DNA of 64,000 nt from Azolla caroliniana (lineage: Eukaryota; Plantae; Polypodiophyta): assembly GCA_043228905.1 (NCBI GenBank), contig JBHGNT010000017.1, positions 14,074,001 to 14,138,000 on the forward strand, written 5' to 3'. A program made the translations under genes and the position numbers. Position 1 is the first letter of the stretch, and every line of letters begins with the position of its first letter. The notes beneath the pieces were generated by a model. The model did no database searches, was not told where the DNA came from, and saw only the letters and a program-made list of their open reading frames with translations. Of this stretch, positions 50,313 through 62,519 are shown piece by piece.

Positions 50313-52008
50313 TAAAGATTATTTCTGGAAAAGAAATAGGATAAGGTCAGAGAGATAGTCATAACATCATGTCGTGATGTAAACATATCATGGGCAAACA
50401 TTAATCGATATCATGATCTCACGTCAATACCCCTCTAGACGTATGAGATGAGGTTCAAGAGTAGGTTACTATGGTAACACAAAGGTGTTTTAAAAACCAT
50501 GGGGGTGACAATTTAATGTCTTTCCCTGATCTCTATATCAATTTTTTCATGGCGGCTCCCCGAGGCTCAACCATGTATGTTCGCGTCATGAGTAGTTTAT
50601 ACACGAAAAAAATGTTAATAATAAACTATGTTTCTTTGCCCACATATGTGGTTTCGGCTCTTTAAGTCTTATTACGAGGACCCCGAGGTGCACTTAGACC
50701 TTAAGTCTAAACATGTGTTATAGTCATATGTATCAAGGATGTTGTATGGTCTTGGTCATATTTGAACTCGAGACGTCGAGAACAAATACATTAAACATTT
50801 GAGCCAACCAAGTAAGTTGCTCTTCTCGAATGCTTAGATGCGTATAAGAGATATGCGAGGCATTTGATCATATATATATATTTTTAAAAGAACGTATATG
50901 TCAAGGGTCCTTATTTCGCCCTCATTTACCAAAACTATGTTAGTACGTTACCTAACCTCAAGTCTCGTAATTACGATGGCATACGCCAAAGTGCAACCTA
51001 ATGGTCAAGCCAAATGAGCCCTCGTTTCGTAGTAGGCCCACGTGGCCCATCACATGGTCACGTCATTATGAATGCCTCTCATAAGAACGAGCTCATGGTG
51101 GCATTGTATTCATGTAACGAGGGAGGGATGTTGGATACGTGTGTCATTGGAGTGACCTCACTTGAAGTGGGTCAAGCCCTACGTACTCAACATCATTATG
51201 GCTATAGGCGTTTCTTTACGTAACGAAATCGAGGTCATCAACGGGGTTGTCAACAATAAAAAATTGTTGAAAAAGGGATGGTGACAACGCCATTCTCACA
51301 AAAATGTGAGGACGACCACCAACATCCTTTTCCCGACAAGGACAACTTTCGATATAATCACGTAATAACGAATATACACATATGTTTACTTATCACATAT
51401 ATACGATCAAATACGTATATACATGACCACATATGCCGATATTAACATATCGTTATATTAAATAGCCACAAATGATGTGATCGAGATACGTAATCGAGGT
51501 ATATACCTCTACGCACACAAAACATCCACAAATAAGAGATCATCGTAATACGCAATTGAGGTATTGACCTCTTACGCATACGAGACCAAACGCATATCGT
51601 TTACAACAAATTAAGGTATTAAACTCATACGCAAACGTAACATATGTTCGTGAACGTAATACGTAATTGAGGTATTAACCTCGTACGCATACGACGCTCA
51701 TCACATATTATTAATATGTCAAACGAGGTATTGACCTCGTGCACATATGTAAACGTTTTAGATGATCAATTAAAGACCACTACAACATCATTGACTTAAT
51801 GAAAAAAAATGACATATAAACTAAACACATGATTAGATGGGAGAAGAGAGAATAAAAATAATAATAAAAATACGGAAAGAGTTACCGAAGTTCTTTGTTG
51901 ATCGTTGTCTGGATCAAGGCCGACCGCACATCGATCGATCACCATCAATCAAAAGACAAAAGACAAAAGACAAACAAAGAAACATTAGTACATAGCTCTG
52001 ATACCAAA

Positions 52009-52463
52009 TATTAGAGATCTAGGTACTAAAGTAAGCTTAAGATAAGGATAAACTAATGATAGATAGAAAGGAGAAAGAGAAAGAAGGGTGTCGATCCACC
52101 CGACCACCCCCGAGCGAAGGGATCGAGACGAACTCGAGCCTCGATCGGCGTCCCATTCCACCGTTGTGGCGTCGAGTCGTACCTGGTGCTGGCGCGCTCG
52201 CTACAAGAGTTGACCGAACACAAGAGCAGAGTCTCGATGTAGTCAAAAGATCCTCAAATGAGGGTAGCTAGGCCTCTTATTTATAGCGATACCCAAGGCC
52301 CCCAGGCAAGTTCACACTTGACCTAATGGGTTGTCTCAATCCCGAGGATTAAAAGTAATCCTCCTCTTCTTTACACTCTCATTTAACCCTCACACTTATC
52401 CACGTGTATAGAATACTACGGTAAATTCTCACCACGGGATATTATATGGTCATGCCCGTAACA
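52009..52463 (-). repeat. 5' LTR of element F
   Basis: Adjacent to the PBS; reads TGTTACGGG...CTCTAATA on the minus strand. Confidence 0.95.
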
Positions 52464-55144
52464 GTGCCACTACATGATACGGAGATCTTATCAACGTCGG
52501 GTCAGGCATTTGATTCTATTATTACACAACCCATGCTATTGTTCCCCTCCATACCTAATCGAGGCCTATCGGGGAGGCCGCAACAACGGGAGTAGGGGAA
52601 CCCACCAGCGAGTTCAACAACCATTGAGGGGCACCTAATTACACATTTGTATATGCATGTCATTGCCTTTCGATGCCAAATGCACATTTACAACATCAAT
52701 ATCCATCGTTTACATATGACAACGTGGAGATAACAACCTTGCATATGAGATCATCAAGATGATGATCAAGGACTAACAACAAATCCAATGTATCACAATT
52801 CACATTATATTATCTACGTCAAGATAGTGTGGTGAATTGGGAAGATGTGATGTTGCTAGTCATGCAAGGGACATGTTTTTCAATAATTTTGTTAATGGTC
52901 CTCCTTTCAACTATGTATATGTACCCACCTTATTGACCGATAATTGTATCGTCTGAAAGAACAAATTGCAGACATGACCCATTAAAATATTTTAGGGTTA
53001 GGTAAATCTCTATTATTGAAGGGTGTTCCTACTCTTGAGTCTATATGTCGTTTCTTATGATGACATGAAAGTTAGAGTGATGTTCTAATTGGCGTTTGGA
53101 GAATCTTTGAGAGGGGTCTAAAAGATGTATGCAGAACAATTGAATCCGCAAACTAGGGAAGATGGATCTAATTGTGTAACATGTGTGGGTTTGCAAGATG
53201 TAAGTGCGTAATTAGTTGGCATATCATCATACGCTTGAAGATTTTCCCTTATCAATTCTCGTGCCATTGTAAGTGTGGATTTAATGTATGTTAATATGTC
53301 GCATGTATACAACAAAATGTGTGTCCATCTCTATGTGCAATATAAATGTATTTATGTTGAATATGATAGGTGCTTGTGGATAAACCTGCTTGGATTTATA
53401 TTTGGATTATGTGTGTGGAGATTTGATTGTGGATGTGTTTTAATGTCAACATATAGAATGTGTGTATGAATGTAAGAGGGGCTTGTTTATGTTCATGTGT
53501 GTGTGCTCGAAGAGGGGGTTGAGAGTCGGGGGAAAGGGGTAGTTTAAGCATTTATAATTTTTTGTTCAAATTAAAGGGTATTTTGGGAATATAAAGTCCC
53601 ACCTAGGAATGTTGGTATGTGTAGGGCATAAGCTAGTGTGGAACCTAGACTCAAGCCCAAGGCTAACCTTGGCCAATCGAGCGTAACCTCACCTCTCCGC
53701 ATAACAATTTAGATGCACACAACGAACCGAAAAGAAACAAGTGAGGTGTTATGAGTCGTCAACATTGTGTTTCCTATTAAATGCTTTGATCCTCTACCCA
53801 ATGGTTCGACATAACAAAGGCAAATTGTGAGTTTTTATTGATGCTATTCTTTGTCATATGAATGAAAATCATGGCAAGAGAATGTTGTAATGAATCTACC
53901 TACCAATTATTGCTAATTGATAGTTATGTCTAAAGATAATTGATTTGGTTATGTAAATGATTAATCAATGCACATGATTAATTGGTGTGAGACAAAATAG
54001 AAAATGAACACTTAAAAATGTGAAATGCTAATGTAAATCACAATGAAGTGCATGAACAAAAAACTAGAAATAAGGATAAAGGTTGGGAGTGGTTCTTCAA
54101 CACACCCTTAGCCTATAGATGATACTTAGATCTTACCAAAATATCACAAGTAGCTTTGAGTGGTGGTTCTAAGCCCCAACAACTGCAACAAATATATAAT
54201 GTCTTTATTGAAAGCTTCGACTTACTCGAATGTTCTCCTTGAGAAACACCTCAATGTTAGTATGCAAGAATTTGCCATTATCTTCCATTTTGTTGGAAAG
54301 ACTAGCTAGAGGGATTGTCAATCACTCTCAAGCTACTAATGCACGTGCTAAGTACTAAAGCAAACTATGATCTTACTTTACACTAAATTAATTATATACT
54401 TACATCACGTGAGGCTTTAACATGGTGTGAGTATTGATAAAAAGGCAAAGCATGAGGAATCACCAACATGGCTTAATATCATTAATCCACATGACTTAAT
54501 ATTATTACAAGCTTAACCGATTAAGCTTATACTGGACTTGTGTTGAGCTGAAAAAGGTGGTAATATCCCAAGTGATAGGTGGAATCCAATTGAGTGATTC
54601 ATGTATGAGTTGGTAGAATTTCAAGGTGAGTTTTCAGTAGCAATGCCATCCACACCAACCATCTGCCTTGGTCCAGGTCCTTGATGGTCATGCTTGACAT
54701 TTGACACAAACATGGGAAATCTCGCAGCAACGAGACTCATGTCAATTTCATAATAGCTCACAAAGGTAGTCAAGCAACAAATAATGGACTCATGTTTCGG
54801 GCTGACAAAGGCGTTGATATCCAAACAGATAGGTGTATAACGGGTTTGAGATATGTGATCGAATCCAACGGAGTGATTCGTGTCTAAGTTGGTAGCATTT
54901 CAAGGCGAGTTTTCGGATCGAGTGTGGCCTTGACCTGGTGAGTGCACGAAACATCCACACAGCGAACGAAACCGACCGCAGGGTGCAAACACAGGGCGAT
55001 AAAACATTCTTGCCTCTCAAAAATGCTTTGCATGAGAAGGAAGTTGTGATTGGCATGTATATGTATGTATATGTAAGTATGTAAATAATATAGGAAACAG
55101 AGCTCAACTGACCCACAGCAAGGTCTCTACTCTGCCCTGCAGCC

Positions 55145-58100
55145 ATGAGAGCTGTTGTGCAGAGAGTCTTGTCTGCTAAAGTAGTGGTAATCCATCTCTC
55201 TCTCTCTCTCTTTATGCCCATATAAATGTATATATGCATATGAGGATAAAGGAAGCTCTCTGAAGCAGAAATCATGGCCATAGCTTCTTCGTGTTTTAGG
55301 TGGACGGAGAGACCATATCTCAGATCGGTCCTGGCTTATTGGTACTTCTTGGACTCCTCGAGACAGACACAGAAACTGACTCAGAATACATGTAAATAGT
55401 ACCATTCCACACATATCTAAGCATTTCTAATAAATGAGCTATCTAAGAGCGATTATATATATATATATCTATATATATATATGTATATATGTATGTACGT
55501 ATATGTGTATGTATATAGATATCATATATATATCTGCGTAAATATGATATCTATATACATACACATACACATATACGTACATACATATATACATATATTA
55601 TAGCTTTCTTGCATTGATGATGAGGATGATGCATTTGCAGCATCAGAAAGGTGCTGAACATGCGTATCTTCCAGAATGAGAATAGTGGAAAAGCATGGGA
55701 CCAAAGTGTATGGATCCCTTCTCTCTTCTTTGGCTTTTTCTTAGATGCATGGCATTATGTTGCATTTGTTGTCTCCATCCATGCACAGAATAATCTTTCT
55801 TTTATTGTTTGCCTGCTGTATTCATGGCATGTTTTTGTATGGCTTGACCCATGCTATAATGAGAACAGGGGAAATGCATGATACCAAAATTTATGCATCC
55901 ATCCTCTTTCTTTTAATATGTTTCTTCATGTATGTGGCTTTTTGATTATCTGTCTCCATTAATGCTACAGAATGAAATAATGGAAATTTCATTGTATTAT
56001 CCATGTAAATGTCTTGAAGCTCTAGTATTATGTAAAGGTAATGTAAAATTATATTAGTTCAGACATGATCAAATATTCTGAAATGCTATGTAATGTATAT
56101 TAATAGTAACTGTTAGAAGCGTTGGTTTTATTAGTAAGTTTGGGACTATTAAATAGTCACATACAAGATATGAACGGTTATTGTGAGTACCGTTATTTTG
56201 GTATTTGTATGAATTAGGTTGCTGTGGATTAGGGTTCACATTCTCCCTATCTTATGATAGAATTATAAGCTATGGCTATTCCTATTTGAAGTTACATTAA
56301 TGAGTCCAATAGCTTTTCAACAAAATTCAAACTTGGGTTTTGGTATTGCTTTTGTGAGAAAATCAGCAACCTGTTGATTTGTAGGAGTATAATTGATGAC
56401 AAGGATTGGTTGATCTTCTTTGGTTCCTTCTATCAGTTCTTTTCCATAAAAATGCTTGTATTCAATATGTTTAGTATTTTCATGATGTTTGGGAACTTTC
56501 AATAAGGCGATACAAGATTGGTTGTCAATACCTAAGGTGAACTTTGGAAATATTGGTGTATAAACTCTTGTGGTGTAATCAACTAGTAATTCAATGAGTA
56601 TTCTTTGAAGCCATACACCTTCTTTGACCGTATAGGCAGCGGCTATAAATTCCGCTTCAGTTGATGATAAGGCGACTGTGTTTTGCTTCTTGGATTTCCA
56701 AGATATAACTCCATAGATATGATCAAAACCTAACCTATTGTTGAATGTCTTGTATCTTTATCACTGTTGTAGTCAGCATCACACCATCCTAGTAATTGTA
56801 AATCATGATGGGTTTGGTGCTTATAGGACAGTCCAAGTGAGGTGGTGGACTTAAGGTACTGAAACACTTGAATTAATGCATCGAATTGTGGTTTACAAGG
56901 GTTTTGCGTAAATCTTGATAAATAACTTGTGATGTAACATAAATCTGGTTTAGTGCATGATACAAGATACCTTAGACTTCCAAGCATTTCTCGAAATGGT
57001 TGAGTTTCTATATCTTTTATCTCCCGAGGATCTTTGGGAGCCATATCAGGATTGAGGCAGAGGTTTGGGACTGCGGGTATAAGTGATGGTTTGAGATCCA
57101 TCATTTGGTACTTGTTAAGGATGTCTTTTGTGAACTTTCTTTGACAGAGTTGTATGCTATTATTTGGACAAAGTCAAGATGATTTGTCCTTGAAGTACTT
57201 AGGTTGTTCCATGTAGATGGGTTGATTTAAGTCACCATTGAGAAAGGCCGTCTTTATGTCTTCAATAAGCATACAAAGTCAAGATGATTTGTCTTTGAAG
57301 TACTTAGGTTGTTCCATGTAGATGGGTTGATTTAAGTCACCATTGAGAAATGTCGTTTTTATGTCAATTTGGTGGATGTAGAGGTTAAGTTGTGCAACTA
57401 CACCGATGGTTGTTCTAAGGCTTGTAATGATGAGCGTGGGGGAGAAGGTTTCATGAAAGTCAATACATACTACTTGATTGAAGCCAAGAGCAACTAATCT
57501 TGCTTTGTGACAATGTAATGATCGATCTGGATTTAGTTTGTGTTTGAGTAGCCCTTTGCTTGTGATGACTTGACAATCCTTTGGACGAGGTACTAAAATC
57601 CATGTACCTTTTTCATTTATTGACTTGATATTGTGGTGGAAGGGATGTTTGCTAAAGACCAAAGCATACACATCCCTTCTACCACATCCAACACTATTGT
57701 CAAACACCATACCAATATTTGCTTAACCCTACAATTAACCCAAGTATGCCTCTCCTCAAGGACGATGCTGGTCACGAAATCCAAAATGTAGTTGGTGCAT
57801 TAAAGACTCCAGATGCAGAACATTGGTGGGTGGTAATGAAATCATAAATCAAGTTAAATGAAAAATGTGCGTGGATTTTAGTACCTCGTCCAAAGGATCA
57901 TCAAGTCATCAAAAGCAAATAGCTACACAAATGTAAACTAAATCTAGATTGATCGTTACATTGTCACAAAGCAAGATTAGTTGCTCTTGGCTTCAGTCAA
58001 TTAGTATGTATTGACTTTCATGAAACCTTCTCCCCCACACTCATCATTACAAGCCTTAGAACAACCATCGGTGTAGTTGCACAACTTAACCTCTACATCC

Positions 58101-59508
58101 ACCAAATTGACATAAAGACGACATTTCTCAATGGTGACTTAAATCAACCCATCTACCTGGAACAACCTAAGTACTTCAAAGACAAATCATCTTGACTTTG
58201 TATGCCTATTGAAGAAAACCTTATATGGTTTAACAGAAACCCCTAGAATTTGGTACTATAGGACTCATCAATTTCTTATCAACAAAGGATATAAAAGACT
58301 CAAATAAGATCAAAACCTCTACACAAGGTGACATCTTGATCATTAATGATGTAGTTGAGCATATTAAAACTGCCATAGAACTTAAAACGACATTTTCCAT
58401 TACAGATGGTGGACCCCTTCACTATATGCTAGACGTCGAGTTCAATTTGCACAGTCCAAATAATAGCACCCAACTCTGTCAAAGAAAGTTCATAGAAGAC
58501 ATCCTTAACAAGTACCAAATGATGGATCTCAAACCATCACTTATACCCACTGCCCCACACCTCTCACTCAGTTCTGACATAGCTCCCAAGGATCCTCAAG
58601 AGATAAAAGATATGGAAACTCATCCGTTTCAAGAAATGCTTGGAAATCTAAGGTATCTTGTATCATGCACTAGATTGGATTTATGTTACATCACAAGTTA
58701 TTTATCAAGATTAATGTAACTTCAAATAGGAATAGCCATAGCTTATTAATGCGTATTTTCCAGAATGAGAATAGTGGAAAAGCATGGGACCAAAGCGTAT
58801 GGATACTTTCTCTTTTCTTTGACTGTTTCTTAGATGTATGGCATTATGTTGCGTTTGTTGTATCCATCCATGCACAGAATAATCTTTCTTTTATTATTTG
58901 CTTGTTGTATTTGTGGCATGTTTTGGTATGGCTCGACCCATGCTATAACGAGAATATGGGAAAGGCGTGATACTAAAATTTATGCATCCATTCTCTTTCT
59001 TGTAATTGTTTCTTCATGTATGTGGCTTTTTGAGTATTTGTCCCCATTAATGCTACAGAATGAAATAATGGAAATTTTATTGTCTTATGCATGTATATAT
59101 TTTGAAGCTCTAGTATTATGTAGAGGTAATATAAAAGTATATTAGTTTAGACATGGTCAAATATTTTGAAATGCGGGTCCATATTTTAACCAGAAGAAAA
59201 TATACTAAGGCCGATTGTCTTGACATTTGACTCTCAAGGTAATCGATAATCTATGTACAGGTCATGCAACGGAATTATGAAATCTTGCTGGGTAATGCCA
59301 TTGTCTTGAATCCTTCCTAGTATATTGTTTAGTTTTCCACTTGTTAAAGTTTGAATTATCCATGCAGTAAGTCAGTTCACACTTTATGGCATCTTGAAAG
59401 GAAATAAACCAGACTTTCATGTAGCAATGACACCGCAATTGGCGAAGCCCTTTTATGATGCACTTGTTGGAAGGTTCCGCAAAGCTTACGTAGAAGATCG
59501 CGTAAAAG
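55145..59508 (+). CDS. DTD1: D-aminoacyl-tRNA deacylase (DTD1-type), partial; exons 55145-55186, 55300-55391, 55641-55707, 59261-59291, 59368-59508; last exon(s) not found in the window
   Basis: Spliced translation [32 protein letters not shown]...IRKVLNMRIF...WDQSVMQRNYEILLVSQFTLYGILKGNKPDFH...; SQFTL signature; GT-AG with consistent phases. Confidence 0.93.
56317..57630 (-). mobile_element. Ty1/copia RT-RNase H fragments in DTD intron 3
   Basis: HKARLVALGF, HQIDIKTTFLNG, LGWCDAD, TKHIEYKHF, QVADFLTK. Confidence 0.88.
57720..58748 (+). mobile_element. Inverted second copy of the same Copia RT fragment
   Basis: Reverse-complement match to about 57262-57630 and 56910-57170; ORF 58336-58719. 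Confidence 0.85.
58749..59174 (+). repeat. Diverged direct duplicate of the 3' part of DTD exon 3 plus the intron start (55660-56086)
   Basis: MRIFQNENSGKAWDQS and the following about 380 bp are repeated. Confidence 0.92.
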
Positions 59509-60849
59509 GTGCATATTTTCTTGAATCTGGTTTAGTAAAGACTTAAGGTGCATTATTCTTTGAATTGTGTTTTGTTATGGAACTAAAAGCAGATGGCTTA
59601 GAGAGAATGGGAAATACCTTGCACCTTTTGATGTTTTAAAAACTACTTTTTTGGGAATTGGAAACAAAATTTTGTTTCTTGAGTCGATACTCCATTGCAA
59701 GAATCTAAGCCATGTCTTTCATAATGCATAAAATGTTTCTAGGATTGTTTCTTGAGGTGGTACTCAATTGCACAAATCTAAGCCATAGTTATATAATATG
59801 AAAAAACTTTTGCATATTATGAAATACATGGATATTGAAATATACATCTAAATATTATCGTAGTCATGGATTATTTACATTTACTACTTATCGAAGTCAA
59901 TTAATGAGATCATGGTTCAAAGCGCATGAACATTTTTGCTCATGGAACGATTGCATAAATCCATTGACTTTCAGAACCCATTCATCCTTTGTTTTGTTTG
60001 AAAAGGATCCTTAAGTTACCAAATTAATTTTATGTAGTTGATGGTTGTGGTGATCCCATTTAATATGTATTATTGGTATGGATTTATGGAATTCTAGAAT
60101 GCTTCATTATTGTGATACAATGATGAAAGTAGAGAGATTTTTTTGGTTTTTGGTATGGAATGCCAAATTGTAGCCTATACACATTTGATGTATTTTATCC
60201 ATGGACACTTCTAAGATTGGCCTTTAACTAAGATTCAAAATGAAAATTTGAAATTTGCTAGGAGTCAACAATGTGTTTATTTAAACTCTTTTACTTGAAA
60301 TTTGAAATTTACTCAAACTTGTTTAGGGAAACCTATGCATAGCCAAAGAACAATATTGAATTGATGAAGAGAATGAGAAGAGGAAAATAAGAGAGAAATT
60401 AGAGGAGATTGGCAATGTATCAATAATAAGAATAGGGCGAAGATTGGCATTGAACCGGAACAATTTATCAATACTTGAACACATACTTATATAGCATGGT
60501 TTGGGCACATGCATGCTTGCCACCCTGCAAGCATGCACGATTGCCACTTGGCATTCATGCAAGCATGCCTCTTGATGATCTTGCATTAGCTTGTACAGGG
60601 TGGCAACATTTCATAATATTACATATATATTCTCGGTGATTTAACAGAAGCTATACACATTATGTGTGATATGATCTATCCTAGGAGTGGAGGTTACACA
60701 TCTTCCAAGAGGTCATTGGTTCAAATCTGTATCATGAGTTTGGAGTTTTGATATATGTTATAATAGACAAGTCTCATCATTTGCAACCCATTTCTTGTCT
60801 CACATTGAAGTGCGTGTGAACTAAGTTGTATGGAAGCAATGGTTTAGAT

Positions 60850-61760
60850 GGCAAACAATGGGATGGGCTCTACATTGTGTTAATGTGTTCAATCTCCCCC
60901 TTCTACTAAGAATATAGTTTTGTAGTCAAGTGCAACATATATAGTATAATGTGTAAAATGTGAGTCTCCATATTTTTTCCATATCATGATACATTGGTGT
61001 TGCAAAAAGACCTCATTCACAGAGGAATCCATCGATGCATAATGAAGAGCGTGTTGCATCCCATCTTCCAAACCTCATTTTTCATATCTTGCATCGAAGC
61101 ATAACTCAAAAGTTTGCTTTTATGCGATTCTAGGAAGTTGATGTGAGGGACTTTTTTGAACCATAAGCATGTATCAACAACCCTTTCCATGGCCATGAGT
61201 TTAATGGGAAGTGATCTTATATATAAAAAGTAGGAGGATATATGGATTTGTTTCTTGACTTGGAGAAATTTAGTAAGAAAATGCTTTTGGAAATTTCTAA
61301 CCCTTTCCAAGTGGAGTTAGGGATATGACCACCCCATACTTCCACCCTATAGAGAATCTTCAATCTTGGGTCAATTTTCAACTTCTTTGTCTAGGTTTAG
61401 GAATTACATAACTTTACTCTCCTCCACTTTGTGATTCTTGTGATTGACATGGAGAAGGTGGAGCTTTGCAACTTTTGTTGCCCAATTCTTCCACACTATG
61501 GTGATGACCTCATTTGCATAGTATGCAAAGTGGCTTGAAAAGCATGAGCATGGGGTTCATCTTTTGTCGGGTATGTGCATCGTGTGGTATTGGAAGGATT
61601 TCATTGGAAGGGTGTGACAATCTACAATCTTGCACAACTCATCAATGCCACCTTCCACGTTTGAATCACCTGCGACCACTTACAAGCAATTGTGGAACAT
61701 GCATAAGTTGTGGAAGATATACTCAGCTTCTATAGTAGAGATATGATTCATTGCAACCAA
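60850..61760 (-). mobile_element. Degenerate non-LTR retrotransposon (RTE/L2-like) fragment in DTD intron 5
   Basis: Minus-strand GVEVWG-like motif near 61345 followed by FQKHFLTKFLQVKKQ...LPI. Confidence 0.5.
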
Positions 61761-62519
61761 GGTCCAAACACTAATGTAATTGCCTAGTTGTCAATAGTCA
61801 TTGGAATATGCTAGGTATGAGGGACAAGCAACCACTTAATGACCCACAAAGTAAAGTTTCGATAAAGCGAGCCCCCTCCCGCAAATTATTAATCGAGCAT
61901 TGCTCCCAATTAGTTCAATGAAGGTATAAGTGTTGCGCTTTGTGTAACCCACTGTGATTGATATACTTTGCTTTCCTTTCAAACTTGGATCGTCTCTTTT
62001 GCTCTCTGTTGAGTGTGAATGTCTAATAATCTATTTTTTCGCTAATCACTCTACATTCGAGTCTTATGAAGTCCCACTTCCAATTATAGAAATTCAGGCT
62101 ATGGATGTAATAATTCAAAAACTTGAAATGGAGTTTGTTATATATGTAGATACAGATAGGGAACCAACTAGTGTTTTGGGTAGAGAAATGACGATTTGGT
62201 TTTGTTCAAATGGCTTTATGATTTGGTCTGGTTTAGGTTTAAGATTTTTTAATGGTTTGGTTTAGGGTCTAAGAAACCAAACAAAACATTGCTGATTCCT
62301 ACTCTCACATGAGCGAAGGTCTATGTTCCCCTAATACTGGGCAATTCTAATCTTGAATTTGGTGACTTATTCTATAGAGTTTTTGTAGGTTCATTTTGGG
62401 ATCTATGCATAGATTATGATTTCTTGTTCTGGGAGCGAATGTGCTCTTTGACAGGCGGTTGGAATTTCAAAGTGAGTATGTTGTGAGAATGTCTCATTAG
62501 GGTCTAGTTTAGTAGAATC

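Larger units (their letters stand above)
45450..52463 (-). mobile_element. Element F: full-length degenerate chromovirus (Ty3/gypsy) with a tRNA-iMet PBS
   Basis: 455-bp LTRs 52009-52463 and 45450-45904; TSD GTGCC at 45445-45449 and 52464-52468; PBS TGGTATCAGAGC 51995-52006; PPT 45905-45918. Confidence 0.96.

Noticed and set aside
60680-60730. Possible tRNA/SINE head (GAGGTCATTGGTTCAAATC)
   Set aside because: B-box-like motif only; A box unconvincing and no TSD or tail.
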